From Rhizophagus irregularis (taxonomy: Eukaryota), in assembly GCF_026210795.1 (NCBI RefSeq), contig NC_089436.1, forward strand, positions 1,178,001 through 1,242,000: 64,000 bases of DNA. Direction: 5' to 3'. The translations under genes and the position numbers were made by a program. How positions within the stretch are numbered: the stretch's first letter is position 1; each line of letters begins with the position of its first letter. Positions 63,844 to 64,000 of this stretch are shown in pieces. The notes under the pieces were generated by a model. That model ran no database searches, had not been told where the DNA came from, and worked only from the letters and a program-made list of their open reading frames with translations.

Positions 63844-64000
63844 TTAACAAATTTTAAAGAACTCGGAAGTATTCGGTAAAGCTTGATATATAAAATAAAA
63901 ATTATACGCTAATTTTGGAGTACTATTCCGAGAATGGTGGTATAATTTTATCCTATTGTGAGCTTTACCGAATATTTCCGAGTTCTTTAAAATTTGCTAA
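63844..64000. mobile_element. Palindromic MITE running to the window edge
   Basis: TTAACAAATTTTAAAGAACTCGGAAGTATTCGGTAAAGCT pairs with the last 40 bases of the window, with 2 mismatches. Confidence 0.75.

Overview
AT-rich eukaryotic genomic DNA with spliceosomal introns. The kinase family, base composition and intron style suggest an arbuscular mycorrhizal fungus (Glomeromycotina, Rhizophagus-like); this is inference from the sequence only. The window is dominated by a birth-and-death array of two-exon tyrosine-kinase-like (TKL) genes with an N-terminal CxxC...WCxxC motif. There are seven full-length loci (K1-K7, both strands) and four decayed fragments. Every copy lacks the catalytic HRD aspartate (HGH/HGN instead), has DTG for DFG and has a degenerate Gly-loop, so this is a tandem pseudokinase cluster. 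K1-K3 need a non-canonical GC-AG intron. K4 is disabled (ATG>CTG, internal TGA). K5 has no N-terminal ATG. Inverted neighbours share patches of near-identity that suggest gene conversion. Other content: a maltose/galactoside O-acetyltransferase pseudogene, an intronless 537-aa 4-TM Cys-rich membrane protein, a 4-exon membrane-anchored PHP-domain phosphoesterase, and a ~6 kb island of orphan mini-ORFs with inverted and iteron-like repeats. Many MITEs are present (pogo/Tc1-like, hAT-like, piggyBac-like, CMC-like), several stacked in kinase introns or 5' regions. No rRNA, tRNA or CRISPR array was recognised.
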